Shown here in pieces: positions 10,236-20,379 of a stretch of DNA of 64,000 nucleotides; position 1 is the first letter of the stretch, and each line of letters opens with the position of its first letter. The stretch covers positions 41,879 to 105,878 of the IMG/VR virus record IMGVR_UViG_3300028827_000100; one strand, given 5' to 3'. Source of the DNA: a virus. The position numbers and the translations under genes were made by a program. Below the pieces are notes generated by a model that worked only from the letters and a program-made list of their open reading frames with translations, searched no databases and was not told the DNA's origin.

Positions 10236-10643
10236 GTGGTAAACAGGGTTTCATACAAGGAAACTGTAGGTGCTGGAGCAACAAAAACAATTGTTATTCC
10301 ACCTGAAAATATAGAATTGAGGGATTTTACGTTTTTATCCTACCCTAATATTGCAATGACCGGGAATATAGATTTTGGTATTTATGATGAAATAGACGGG
10401 GTGATGTGGCACACGCTGAAAAGCGTGACTTTCACGAATGAAAAAAAGATTGCATTTTTCTCTCCGGAAGTTGATGGGAATTTTCCAAGAATGTTTCCTG
10501 CTACAAGGAAGGGGAACTTTGCAGGTTCAGACCTTGTAGTTGACGATAGATTCAGGCTTGCATGTCAGGTTGTAAATGGCGGGGCGGGAGATATAGAGAT
10601 TGTTCTTCACTTCATGAAAATTTACAGTGATGCAGATTATTAA
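10236..10643 (+). CDS. Hypothetical virion protein (beta-rich)
   Basis: GGGGGTG RBS, GTG start; downstream of capsid gene. Confidence 0.55.
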   Translation: MVNRVSYKETVGAGATKTIVIPPENIELRDFTFLSYPNIAMTGNIDFGIYDEIDGVMWHTLKSVTFTNEKKIAFFSPEVDGNFPRMFPATRKGNFAGSDLVVDDRFRLACQVVNGGAGDIEIVLHFMKIYSDADY

Positions 10644-10660
10644 GGTGAAAGGAGGATGTA

Positions 10661-10891
10661 ATGGCAGAAAAGAAGAAATCTTATGTTGCAGACATTGAGG
10701 TTGTTCTCGATGCTGCCGAAACAATATGTAAGCATATTGACAAAGCCGCTTCGAGAATTGAAAAACTGAAGAAGGTAGACCCTGTAGTTAAGCGCAACAT
10801 ACTGGAGCTGAAAAAGAGGTTGTATACGAAGTATCAGGTGCATTCAGTTGTCTCTGTTATAAGAGAGACTTTAGAAGCGATAAGAGATTAA
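10661..10891 (+). CDS. Hypothetical protein
   Basis: AAGGAGG RBS; 76 aa helical protein. Confidence 0.6.
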   Translation: MAEKKKSYVADIEVVLDAAETICKHIDKAASRIEKLKKVDPVVKRNILELKKRLYTKYQVHSVVSVIRETLEAIRD

Positions 10892-10921
10892 TCGCTTCCT
10901 TACCCCTCTCTCGTACCGCTC

Positions 10922-10955
10922 GGTGGGGTCTAAAAGACCCCACCACCTTTTTTTT
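10922..10955 (+). terminator. Rho-independent terminator
   Basis: GGTGGGGTCT-aaa-AGACCCCACC, then ACC and T8. Confidence 0.8.
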
Positions 10956-11005
10956 AGGGGAATGCCTGTTTTTAACGGGTAAAAGGAAAAAGGACGGAGG
11001 TTAAG

Positions 11006-11683
11006 GTGATGGACACGACAAGTTTCAGGGAAAGGGCAAGGATTAACATCGATCAGTATTTTAATCAGCAGGATTCTGTAATAGTTGTTAACAGAACGGA
11101 GCCGCTTGGAATTGTTTCAATTGCTTTGGGGGAAAAGGGCGATATGTCTTACACCCTTTTGAAGACAAGTGATCCAGTTGTGATAACGGATTATGTTCCG
11201 AAAAAACACGTTGTTGAGTCTGCAAATTTCAGAAGTATGGTACAGAGGGGTATAATAGAATTAATGACGCTTGACGAGTATGAAAAGTGGCTGGACGCAA
11301 ATCCGGGCAGGGTTGAACAGATAAGGAAGGAAATGAATATTTTAACGTCCCGTGCCACAATTTCAGATGAGACACCGGCTTCTCTTGAAGAAACGAGTGA
11401 GGCGGTGGACGAAAGCAACGCCAATATAAGCCCACGCATAATTCAGTTGATGCATGGTCTTGCGGCGGGAGATGAAAGGTCTCCTTCAGAAGAATCGGTT
11501 ATTCAGGAATTGCAAAGCATGAATATGTCACAGGAAGAAAAAGCATATGTTCTTACTCATGCTGTCGGGAAAGTGAAAAATTGGATAGTGGGAATTATAT
11601 ATGGCGAGGCCGCTGAAAGCAAAGAAGATGGTGAAGTGAAGAAAAAGAAAATAAAGAAGATAAAGAAGGTGAGAAGAAGTTAA
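11006..11683 (+). CDS. Hypothetical protein (head/neck region) with Lys-rich C-terminus
   Basis: GGAGG RBS; ends KKKKIKKIKKVRRS. Confidence 0.6.
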   Translation: MMDTTSFRERARINIDQYFNQQDSVIVVNRTEPLGIVSIALGEKGDMSYTLLKTSDPVVITDYVPKKHVVESANFRSMVQRGIIELMTLDEYEKWLDANPGRVEQIRKEMNILTSRATISDETPASLEETSEAVDESNANISPRIIQLMHGLAAGDERSPSEESVIQELQSMNMSQEEKAYVLTHAVGKVKNWIVGIIYGEAAESKEDGEVKKKKIKKIKKVRRS

Positions 11684-11704
11684 AAGAGATTTGGGGGTGA
11701 TTTA

Positions 11705-12544
11705 ATGATAGATGTTGGCTGTCCGAAGTTTGATATATTGAGAAACAATACCAACCTTGCAGGTATGCAGATGGGTTTTGTCAATTCTGAAACGAGATTG
11801 ACGGTACAGGTTCTTGATGACAACGGACAGCCGCATCAGCCCCCGGCTGGTGTTGAGCTGAAACTGTTTAATCAGGACGGGGGTGAGATAGAGACGAGTG
11901 GGCCTCCACAATATGATTCCAACGGTCAATACTACTATTATGATTATACGCCTGAATTTGTTGGAACAACTTTGTTCAGATGGAAAAACAACGACAACAG
12001 TGACTACGGACTTCAAATGTTGTTGTCGATAGATGCGAAGATACAGTATTTTATGTTTTTGCTGAAAGGCATAATAGATAAATCCATGAAGGACAGTACG
12101 AAAACATATGGGTATACGGACGCTGATTTGTTTATGTACATAGTCAATGGTATAGCATACTTCAATGTTATACCGCCGCCGACCGCTTTTTACATTTCAA
12201 ATATTCCCAATTATTTACAGGGGATAATAATAGATATTGCAACTTTGTTTGCCGTTCAGGCGCAAAGTATGTATGCAATAGACACGGACGTTATTTACAA
12301 CGATCAGGGTATAAGCCTTACCATAGACCATTTTAACAAACTTGGCTCTGTGTATAACAATTTGTATACAAGGGTTACTGAAAACGCAAAGAAAATAAAA
12401 TGGACTATGATGAGGTCAAGAGCACTTGTTGCTTATAATCCACAAAGGTCGAGAGGTTTCATGTTTTCACAGATAGTAACGTCAGGATTCCCATTTATGG
12501 GAATTTATGGTGGTGTTGACGGCTCGATAATATTCAGGGGTTGA
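11705..12544 (+). CDS. Putative head-tail adaptor (neck) protein with N-terminal Ig-like domain
   Basis: YTDADL..FNVIPPPT..YNDQGISLTID motifs; position between head and tail genes. Confidence 0.65.
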   Translation: MIDVGCPKFDILRNNTNLAGMQMGFVNSETRLTVQVLDDNGQPHQPPAGVELKLFNQDGGEIETSGPPQYDSNGQYYYYDYTPEFVGTTLFRWKNNDNSDYGLQMLLSIDAKIQYFMFLLKGIIDKSMKDSTKTYGYTDADLFMYIVNGIAYFNVIPPPTAFYISNIPNYLQGIIIDIATLFAVQAQSMYAIDTDVIYNDQGISLTIDHFNKLGSVYNNLYTRVTENAKKIKWTMMRSRALVAYNPQRSRGFMFSQIVTSGFPFMGIYGGVDGSIIFRG

Positions 12545-12545
12545 T

Positions 12546-13442
12546 ATGGGACACAGACCTTTCAGAAACATAGACCCGTGCCCGTCTGAATCTACAAGTT
12601 GGTGGAGTGGGAAAGATACCCCATCGATAAGAGACAGATTTTTGTCTTTTAATTCGTTTGACAAAATAAGAGGGATGCAGGAAGAGCTTTTAAATGCCGG
12701 TGGCAAAAAGTGCCATGTATGGTTTAGAGTTTATACGCATGGAAGCTGTACCTGTGTTGAAGAGGATGGGCAGGCAAAATCAAATCACCCTGTTTGTTAT
12801 GGAACAGGTTTTATAGGTGGATATGAAAAGTATGGGTATGATACCTTTGTCGTTTACAGGAAAGATTCAAATACATTGAGGGTTGTAGGTGATGGTGTTG
12901 ATGAGACAGTGCCGATATTGAGCAATCAGGTTGAGTTTGACTGGATTCAGGCAAAGGACGAATACGGTGGAGACGTTGAATACAAGCTGGAAGGTAAAAG
13001 GAGCAGGGCAACTGTTGAGTTTTCATCTAACGGAGTTGACTGGAGCGGAACGTTGACATTTCCAGTTCAGACAGGACAGTTTAAGGTCAGGATTACTTCC
13101 ATAGATGGTTTTCTTGAGTCGTTGCGCTTCAGGGTCAAAAAGGTCGATGATGTTTTCATAAGGTTGTCGGAAAATCCTCCAAGAAGACTTGAACAATTGT
13201 TGCGGGAAGGTTTAATTCAGGAGCCTTTTGACATTAGGGCATGGACAATATCGAGAGATTTTATAATTACGAGTGGAGATATAATAGAGTGGATTGAGGG
13301 TGTGTGGACGGGAGAGAGATACATAGCCACAACATTAACACAGTCTCAATTTGTTTTGGATGCTGAACAGTCCTCATTTCTTACACAAATTCTCGGAATG
13401 AGAAAGATAAGGAGTGTTGAACAATTGTACAGGGTGTGGTGA
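12546..13442 (+). CDS. Putative neck/head-closure protein with Zn-binding motif
   Basis: CTC...HPVCYGTGFIGGY motif; position. Confidence 0.6.
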   Translation: MGHRPFRNIDPCPSESTSWWSGKDTPSIRDRFLSFNSFDKIRGMQEELLNAGGKKCHVWFRVYTHGSCTCVEEDGQAKSNHPVCYGTGFIGGYEKYGYDTFVVYRKDSNTLRVVGDGVDETVPILSNQVEFDWIQAKDEYGGDVEYKLEGKRSRATVEFSSNGVDWSGTLTFPVQTGQFKVRITSIDGFLESLRFRVKKVDDVFIRLSENPPRRLEQLLREGLIQEPFDIRAWTISRDFIITSGDIIEWIEGVWTGERYIATTLTQSQFVLDAEQSSFLTQILGMRKIRSVEQLYRVW

Positions 13443-13443
13443 A

Positions 13444-14319
13444 ATGTTCAAGTATGAAAGATTTATAGATGTTGCAGATGCAATAATAAAAAAAGATTTT
13501 GAGTATTGGTTTAACAATCTTGCCGCAGAAGATGTAACATTTGCTTATGAGTACATAAATCAGTATGACGATGGAAATTTTAAAATATCAAATATATTTG
13601 CTTCACAACAGGCAACATTGCCGTATGTGACATTTGAATTGAGAGACCTTTCGGAAAGCGTTGTGGATTTTAGCGGGAATATGCTTGGCAGAGTGGGTAT
13701 AGTCGAATTTGATTTTGAAGGCCCCGTTTACAATCTTGACGGAGCCGTGTGGGCATTTACAAGTAAAAGGTATGGCAGGAAGTACGTGGTTGACTTTCCA
13801 TCTGTTCTGTTTGATGATCCGACAAGTGTTCCGCTTTCACATTTTACATCTGTTATATTGCCGCAGTTACCTGCTAATGCAATGTTGTTTGAGAACGGTG
13901 ATACTGTAAAAATAATATTCGTGAATGATGTAATAACGGTTGAGTCTGATTTCCTTGGAGTTGTGGCGGGTGAATATGAGGGAGTGTGGCGTTCGTACAG
14001 ACACAGAATTTACAATGCCAATTTGCTCGTAAATATAGGTGCGGAGTCATACAAGACGAGAGAACAGCTTGAAGATATTGTATTGATATACTTCAAAAGG
14101 GTCAGGGATGAGAAAAGATCGCTTGGCTCTATTGAAGACATGGTTGTTGTAAACCTGTCTTCAGAGTTTAATATAACTGGAAGGAATGAAATATCTTTTG
14201 GGGCATCGGATATGTTAAGCCTTCTGTATTCTTCTTCCGTAAGCGGGAAAGTTATTATAGAAGGAACGGATATAGAAGGAGTTGAGTTGAAAAAGGTAAC
14301 TGGTATAACACCACTGTAA
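13444..14319 (+). CDS. Putative tail completion/terminator protein
   Basis: Immediately before the sheath; LPYVTF and GAESYKTREQLEDIV resemble tail terminator motifs. Confidence 0.5.
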   Translation: MFKYERFIDVADAIIKKDFEYWFNNLAAEDVTFAYEYINQYDDGNFKISNIFASQQATLPYVTFELRDLSESVVDFSGNMLGRVGIVEFDFEGPVYNLDGAVWAFTSKRYGRKYVVDFPSVLFDDPTSVPLSHFTSVILPQLPANAMLFENGDTVKIIFVNDVITVESDFLGVVAGEYEGVWRSYRHRIYNANLLVNIGAESYKTREQLEDIVLIYFKRVRDEKRSLGSIEDMVVVNLSSEFNITGRNEISFGASDMLSLLYSSSVSGKVIIEGTDIEGVELKKVTGITPL

Positions 14320-14331
14320 GGAGGTAAGAAA

Positions 14332-16344
14332 ATGCCATATGTAAAACCTGGAGTTTATATTCGACAGAAATATGTACCTACAAGTTCCACACCCGGCGTT
14401 TTTCTGATTCCGTGCATAATAGGAAAAGGTCTTGAAGACAAGAGGGTGTGGGGTGAAGAAATAGTGCGTGGTCAGATAAGGGAAACGATAACAGTCGATC
14501 CCAACACTGGAGCATTTACAATATCCGGTGGGCAGAGTGACCAGTTGAATCAGCACACCACCCTGATAAGAGATGGTGTTGACCTTGGGCATGATGCTGT
14601 TACATGGACGAGTGCTACAGGCGGTAATGTGAAGATGGAATATGTAATTGCCGGTTCAGTATATGAAATTGTCTATCTTGCCATTGATACAACATCGGAC
14701 AAGCTGAACAACAATGCTAACAGGGTACATTTTGTGGCTTCAACGCCGGACGGTTCTTCTCAATATGAGAGAGGAGTTGACTATTCATGGTCTGAAAGTA
14801 CACCGGATGAAATAGACTGGAGTATATTGCAGGAAGCAAAAATAATCGGCAATGCTGAAACTTACGACTTGTCTGCAAATGACACTGTGAAAATTTCCGT
14901 GGATGGCAAAACACCTATTGAGGTTACAATAGTTGGTGCAACTCAATCCGCAGTAACGGCGGCTGAAGTTGCGACAGCGATAAATGGAGCGGCACAGACG
15001 GCATGGGGGAGTGCTTACTCAAATATAGCTGTTGACAATGCCGGGACGATAGAATTGCACAGTGTGCAAAAGGGGTTGAATGGCAGAATTAATCTGTACG
15101 TTCCTTCTGCAAACGATGCAACACAGATAATTTTCAATGTTACCGCTCCATCTTACGCAACCGGAACTGGTCAGATGCCAGCACTTGGTGAATCTTACTA
15201 TGTGAGGTATGATTATGACAGGGATGATGTTGAATATAACAACATGACACTCTATTACAGTTATTCTGATGCTCTTGATGCCCTTGGCCCAATGAAGCCC
15301 GGAAATGATTTGCTGATAGCTGTTGAAAGTGCGTTTCAGAATGGTGCACCGATAGTTGGCGTCATACAGGTGAAGGATGCAGACGGAGACGGTCTGTATA
15401 TGGATTCGGACTGGTTCACTGCAATAGACGAGCTTGACAATGCAAGGGAGGTTACAGACGTTGTTCTTCTGTCTCACGATCAGGAAGTTAAGGCGTATCT
15501 TGTCAGGAAGATAGAGGACAGGGCTTCACAGCTTGTGGGGCATCATATGGCTGGATGGTTTGGGATGCCAGCAAACAGCAACATTGGAAACATAGATACT
15601 CCCGATACTGCCATATATGTTTCGCAAAAAACCTTGCAGGTATCAGCACAGAGTCAGGGTAGGGGCAGGTATATCAATGTATTTGTTCTTACAACCGGCG
15701 ATTATGATTTTTCTGGTATAAACAAGGAGATAGTAGATACTGATTCGAGAGTGACATTTACAGTTACACTTGGGACTGAATATGTTGCCGCCGCACTTGC
15801 AGGGTTGCAGGCAAGTTTCAATCCGATAAGTGAATCGCTGTTAAGGCGTTCAATAGTCGGGTTTGACACAAGCAATATAATAGAGCATGATACAAAAGCG
15901 TCGTATGCTACTGCAAATGGGGTGTTTGTTTTGCAGAACATCGGTGGAAGGCTTGTTGTGTTTGACCCTGTTACAACTGATACGGGTGGTGACGAAGTTT
16001 TTTCAGAGCCGAGCGTAAGAGTCCAGAAGGACTATCTTGCTGGAAGAATAAAAAACAGGCTTGACCAGTACGTTGTCAGTGTTGTGCCGGACAATCTTGA
16101 CGATTTTCTTTTTGAAATAAAGTATCACATAGCAATAGAGATAAATGCCGCTATTGTTGGGAGGGCCATAGCACCGTATACAGACGACAACAACGTTGCA
16201 AGGCCACTTGACCTCGTTAGCGACATAAAGGTTTACAAATTTCCTACCTCAAATACCGAATACGGGTTTGTGTACTGGTTTCAGCCGAGATGGGTTTCCA
16301 AGAAGATTTTTGGTGAGTATGTCGTTGCACAACCTTTAATGTAA
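14332..16344 (+). CDS. Tail sheath protein
   Basis: N-terminal MPYVKPGVY, C-terminal sheath core (AAALAG, NGVFVL, EPSVRVQKDY); 670 aa. Confidence 0.92.
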   Translation: MPYVKPGVYIRQKYVPTSSTPGVFLIPCIIGKGLEDKRVWGEEIVRGQIRETITVDPNTGAFTISGGQSDQLNQHTTLIRDGVDLGHDAVTWTSATGGNVKMEYVIAGSVYEIVYLAIDTTSDKLNNNANRVHFVASTPDGSSQYERGVDYSWSESTPDEIDWSILQEAKIIGNAETYDLSANDTVKISVDGKTPIEVTIVGATQSAVTAAEVATAINGAAQTAWGSAYSNIAVDNAGTIELHSVQKGLNGRINLYVPSANDATQIIFNVTAPSYATGTGQMPALGESYYVRYDYDRDDVEYNNMTLYYSYSDALDALGPMKPGNDLLIAVESAFQNGAPIVGVIQVKDADGDGLYMDSDWFTAIDELDNAREVTDVVLLSHDQEVKAYLVRKIEDRASQLVGHHMAGWFGMPANSNIGNIDTPDTAIYVSQKTLQVSAQSQGRGRYINVFVLTTGDYDFSGINKEIVDTDSRVTFTVTLGTEYVAAALAGLQASFNPISESLLRRSIVGFDTSNIIEHDTKASYATANGVFVLQNIGGRLVVFDPVTTDTGGDEVFSEPSVRVQKDYLAGRIKNRLDQYVVSVVPDNLDDFLFEIKYHIAIEINAAIVGRAIAPYTDDNNVARPLDLVSDIKVYKFPTSNTEYGFVYWFQPRWVSKKIFGEYVVAQPLM

Positions 16345-16369
16345 AAAATGAAACTGGAGGTATTGTACT

Positions 16370-16822
16370 ATGGCTAAAATACCAAACACTAAAGTAAGAA
16401 CAGGACATGCTGTTGCTATCAGGGTGCGTGGTGTTACGATAGGGTTTATAACTTCGTGGGCATACAATCTCAACAGGGACATATCGGCTGTTTACGAACT
16501 CAATCCGCAGACGAGTGGAGAGCCCGTGGAGAATGTTCCCGGCAACGTGACCAATTTGACAATATCAGTCCAACGTGCCGACCTGTATATATCAAAGATG
16601 GAAGAAGCATTTGGCGGTCAGGACATATCAATGCTTTCAGACCAAAGCATTCCGTTTGAAGTGTATGAAGTATGGAACAATCCAGACGGGACGAGAGAAA
16701 TGTATGTGTACACTGATTGCTGGTTTAGCAGGATAGGCAGGCGTATAGAATCAACAGGTGACAGGGTTGTTAGGGCTGATGCTGAAATCACTTATGTGAG
16801 AAGGGTAAAAGTAAGCAGTTAG
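16370..16822 (+). CDS. Tail tube protein
   Basis: 150 aa after the sheath; IGFITSW, VYELN, VYTDCWFS motifs. Confidence 0.85.
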   Translation: MAKIPNTKVRTGHAVAIRVRGVTIGFITSWAYNLNRDISAVYELNPQTSGEPVENVPGNVTNLTISVQRADLYISKMEEAFGGQDISMLSDQSIPFEVYEVWNNPDGTREMYVYTDCWFSRIGRRIESTGDRVVRADAEITYVRRVKVSS

Positions 16823-16835
16823 TGGAGGTATTTAG

Positions 16836-17477
16836 ATGAATAAAATTGCCTATATCAAATACAGGGTGGCTAAAATAAGAAATGCTGATGACGAAGAAAA
16901 CAAGTCAGAACTTGTAATAGATTTTCTTGTTGATGTTATGGGTTCAGACGACCTTGAAGAGGCAAAAAATCAGCTCGAAGCATTACAGGAAACAAACATC
17001 ATATACGAAGAAGAGGCGCAGGAAGTCCTTGATAAAATTAAGGATATACATGAAGAGGTTGCTGAAGAAATAGCAGAAGAAGATACTGGATTTGAATTTG
17101 AGCCGCCGGAAGCAGGTGGTGAAGAAGGCCCAGAAAATCAGACACCGGAAGAAGAAATATTCATACCCAAAATAGAACTTTCTGCAAGTGTGAAAAGAAA
17201 TGTTGAATACATAAATGCTGAATTGTTTGATGGCGACGGCATTGTTGAGTATCTTATCAAGGGTGGGGGTAGACCCATGAGGTTGAGGCCGATGAATATA
17301 ACGGATCAGACATGGAGTCATTTTCTGGACTGGATGAAACAGGAAGGTTTTGAAACAATAGAGGAGTTTAAGAGTGCTGTCGTCAGCAATCCAGAACTGC
17401 TTGACAGGGCAATGGCTAAAATAAAGGAAATAAAAAGGAGGGTTATGGCTGATACGGAGTTGGCATATGGTGTTTAA
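16836..17477 (+). CDS. Acidic hypothetical protein between tube and tail chaperone
   Basis: GGAGG RBS; N-terminal KIA..RVA motif shared with head proteins. Confidence 0.55.
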   Translation: MNKIAYIKYRVAKIRNADDEENKSELVIDFLVDVMGSDDLEEAKNQLEALQETNIIYEEEAQEVLDKIKDIHEEVAEEIAEEDTGFEFEPPEAGGEEGPENQTPEEEIFIPKIELSASVKRNVEYINAELFDGDGIVEYLIKGGGRPMRLRPMNITDQTWSHFLDWMKQEGFETIEEFKSAVVSNPELLDRAMAKIKEIKRRVMADTELAYGV

Positions 17478-17498
17478 AAAGGTGAAAGGGGTGAAGGT

Positions 17499-17945
17499 AT
17501 GAGAAATGATATTATTGATTCGATTAAAAAAACATTTTGGGAGGGTTCGGAATCAAAGGAGGTCGTGCTTGCCGGAAAAACTTGGACGCTAAAATCCCTG
17601 AACAATTCAGAACAGGTATTCAGGGACAGATTTATTCCCGCCTCTGCAACAGCGTCTTTCTTGTCAGCAAGGAAGGCTCCTACCGTTGCATTAGCAATTT
17701 CTCACATTGACGGAGTACCAGTTGAAGAAGTGTTTGGTGACAGCGATGAAACAAAAGACGAAGTGGTAACCGAATTATTGAAGACAACCGGACTTGCAAA
17801 AGAAAAAAGATTTATTATTGCAGAGAGAGTTCTTGAGTTTTTGAATGAGTTGCCGCCAGAAGTTGTGGATACCCTGTACGGAGAGTATGTTGAGATAGAA
17901 AACAACAGGCGCAAAGCACTTGATGAGATATTGAAAAAAAAATAG
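17499..17945 (+). CDS. Tail assembly chaperone (gpG-like)
   Basis: Upstream of the tape measure gene; ends in a slippery A9 run. Confidence 0.75.
   Translation: MRNDIIDSIKKTFWEGSESKEVVLAGKTWTLKSLNNSEQVFRDRFIPASATASFLSARKAPTVALAISHIDGVPVEEVFGDSDETKDEVVTELLKTTGLAKEKRFIIAERVLEFLNELPPEVVDTLYGEYVEIENNRRKALDEILKKK
17933..17942 (+). other. Programmed -1 ribosomal frameshift site (G AAA AAA AAA)
   Basis: The -1 frame is open from the A run into the ORF ending at 18310 (KK-IDDTDEIEDVKTRVLLELG...). Confidence 0.8.
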
Positions 17946-18310
17946 ATGATACGGACGAAATTGAAGATGTAAAGACGAGAGTATTGCTTGAACTTGGATT
18001 GACACCAAACGATCCTCGTGTGGCTGAATTTACGGATGTTCACTGGTTCATATATTATCGTGCAATAATGAAGCGTGAGCATGAAAGATTTAATATGCTT
18101 AAAGAACTCATTGTTGGTTTGCTTGGGTTAAAAATACCGGCGACCGATTCCGTTTTACCTTTGTCGTATTTTATTGCACCTGAATTTTTCAGGTCTTTGA
18201 TGGAAGAAGAAAGAGTAATATATGAAAGTGACGTTGTAGATATGGATGACAGTGAAAGAATGCAGGTTCTTGACGAACTTGATAAACAACTTGAAGAGAA
18301 AGGGATTTAA
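17942..18310 (+). CDS. Frameshift extension of the tail chaperone (gpGT-like C-terminal part)
   Basis: No clear RBS/ATG of its own; -1 frame relative to 17499..17945; abuts the tape measure gene. Confidence 0.75.
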   Translation: MDDTDEIEDVKTRVLLELGLTPNDPRVAEFTDVHWFIYYRAIMKREHERFNMLKELIVGLLGLKIPATDSVLPLSYFIAPEFFRSLMEEERVIYESDVVDMDDSERMQVLDELDKQLEEKGI

Positions 18311-18312
18311 AG

Positions 18313-20379
18313 ATGCCGGAAGAAGGTGGTCAGATAATAGGTGGTTCAAAATATGGTTCGCCACAGGAACAGGCACAGGAGAGCAGGGAATATCAGGAAG
18401 CTGTAAAGTTTGCAAGGGAATTTGCTGAACAGAGGCGTTCGTTTGAAGAACTGTCGAGCAACCTTGGAAATCTTGCAAATACAATGAGGGAGTTTGTTGC
18501 TGAATACAGAGATGCAAGTAAAAATCTCGACGATACAATAAAGAGCACTGCAAGGAATCTTGATGAGGCTGTAAAGAATGTAAAAGACAGTATAGCCAAG
18601 AGTGCGGAAGAGTTTGCGCATGGACTTATTGCGCCAGCAGAAGAAGCCAGAAGACAGGCTGGGGTTCTTGGTGGCGTCATAGACAAAATAAGAGAAGGGA
18701 TAGAAGGATTACCCTTTGGCAAGGCTGTTGTGATGGCGGGTCTTGTTGCAACGAGCGCAGGGCTGATAAGACTTGCTATAGAGTCAAATGCCCAAAAAGC
18801 CCTTGCATCGATAAGGCAGTTTACAAGCGGCGTTGACATGGAGACGGAGGGCTTGAAGGAGGGGATTTCTTCTGTTGCGGATGAATGGAATGAAGATTGG
18901 TCTGTAATATCTGAATATTTCGGGAAAATAGGAACTGCATTAAGGGTTAATTTTAAGGAGTATGGCACGGCGTATCTTGAAGCATTTACTGATGAGATAT
19001 TTTCTCTTTCTGTATCTACAGGTCTTGCAAGAGATGAGATAATATCTGATTTTGAGGATATAAGCAAATATGCTTGGGATGCGGCAGACTCTTTTGGTGG
19101 AATAGCAACATCGGCAGAAATTTTATACACAGTAGGAAAAACAAGTGCTATGGGAATAGAGATGTTCAAGGGGACTTTGATGTCGGCCCTTGAACCGATG
19201 AAAATGTATGCCCTCACACAGGAAAATATAGTTGAGGGTGCATTAAGAATGAGGGGTCTTGAAGAAATATTCGGAGGTATGGAGGGCGGTATTGCAGGAT
19301 TTCAGGGGGTTATGAAGAACATAACCTCTATTGAATCAATGATAACATCAAGTCCGGGATGGATGATGCTGTTAACCGGAAATATTCCTGAAACAGGTGG
19401 AACGAGAGAATTATGGGGTGCCATGACTGAAGCCGCAAATGCTCTTAAAGGAGAAGGTGGCGGCGGCATATTTATAAAATACATAGACAAATTGAGTGAA
19501 TATGCGGCATCACAGGCAGATTTAAATTTGATGCTGTTTGAACAGTTTGGTGGCAACATAGAGGCAATTGAAATGATAAATACAATGTTTAAGGATTTGG
19601 ACAGATTGCGGAGTGTTCTTGCCGGTGTTGACAACTCAAACAAATTGTTGAGTGAGTCATTGACGACAGATAAATTCAGGGAAGCGCTGGTACAGGCTGG
19701 TCTTGAGAAAAGAAAAATAGATGAAGCCGTAACTCTCTACAAAGAGATGATGGAGAATCAGAAAAAACTGTTTGAAAATCTCCAGAATCCACTTGAGAGA
19801 TTGCGTAACATAGCAGAAAACAAACTGAAAGAAATACTCGATGCTATAGGCCAACTTTCAGGTGGAACTATAAATTTACTTACGAGCCTTGTTACCGGGT
19901 TGCAGACGCTTATTGCGACAGTTGCTATAGGACTTGACAAGTTTGGAATAACAGAGGATGTGTTTGAGAAGGTTACAGGAGTTGGTATTAAAAATGCTGA
20001 AAGATTCTTTTCAGCAGTTGCGGCAAGATTCGGATATTCGGTAGACCAATTCACATCGGGTCTTGAAGAAGTTGCGAACCTGCCGGAAAAAATAGGTGGT
20101 GCGGCAGGCAAGATAGCGGGAAACATACTTGAATCTCTTGGGGTTGCTCCTGTAGTTATAAGAGGTGAAAAGGATATAGATTTGATAGAAAGGCTCGTGA
20201 AAAAGCAGGTTGCGAGGAGGGAGGCAAAAGACCTCGTTATACCCTCTGCATACTCTTACGATGTTGAAAGTACAACATTTACATACAAGCCACATGCTAT
20301 AGATATAAATTTGAGACTAACACCAAAGACAATTGAATATTTAAACTACATTAACGAGGTAAATCATGGCGGACGTTAA
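18313..20379 (+). CDS. Tape measure protein
   Basis: 688 aa helical Ala/Gly-rich protein after the chaperone pair. Confidence 0.8.
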   Translation: MPEEGGQIIGGSKYGSPQEQAQESREYQEAVKFAREFAEQRRSFEELSSNLGNLANTMREFVAEYRDASKNLDDTIKSTARNLDEAVKNVKDSIAKSAEEFAHGLIAPAEEARRQAGVLGGVIDKIREGIEGLPFGKAVVMAGLVATSAGLIRLAIESNAQKALASIRQFTSGVDMETEGLKEGISSVADEWNEDWSVISEYFGKIGTALRVNFKEYGTAYLEAFTDEIFSLSVSTGLARDEIISDFEDISKYAWDAADSFGGIATSAEILYTVGKTSAMGIEMFKGTLMSALEPMKMYALTQENIVEGALRMRGLEEIFGGMEGGIAGFQGVMKNITSIESMITSSPGWMMLLTGNIPETGGTRELWGAMTEAANALKGEGGGGIFIKYIDKLSEYAASQADLNLMLFEQFGGNIEAIEMINTMFKDLDRLRSVLAGVDNSNKLLSESLTTDKFREALVQAGLEKRKIDEAVTLYKEMMENQKKLFENLQNPLERLRNIAENKLKEILDAIGQLSGGTINLLTSLVTGLQTLIATVAIGLDKFGITEDVFEKVTGVGIKNAERFFSAVAARFGYSVDQFTSGLEEVANLPEKIGGAAGKIAGNILESLGVAPVVIRGEKDIDLIERLVKKQVARREAKDLVIPSAYSYDVESTTFTYKPHAIDINLRLTPKTIEYLNYINEVNHGGR

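Noticed and set aside
7296-10982. Shared ACGGGTAA upstream of the 7329 and 11006 genes as a late promoter
   Set aside because: Only two 8-nt copies; not found before other late genes; could be chance
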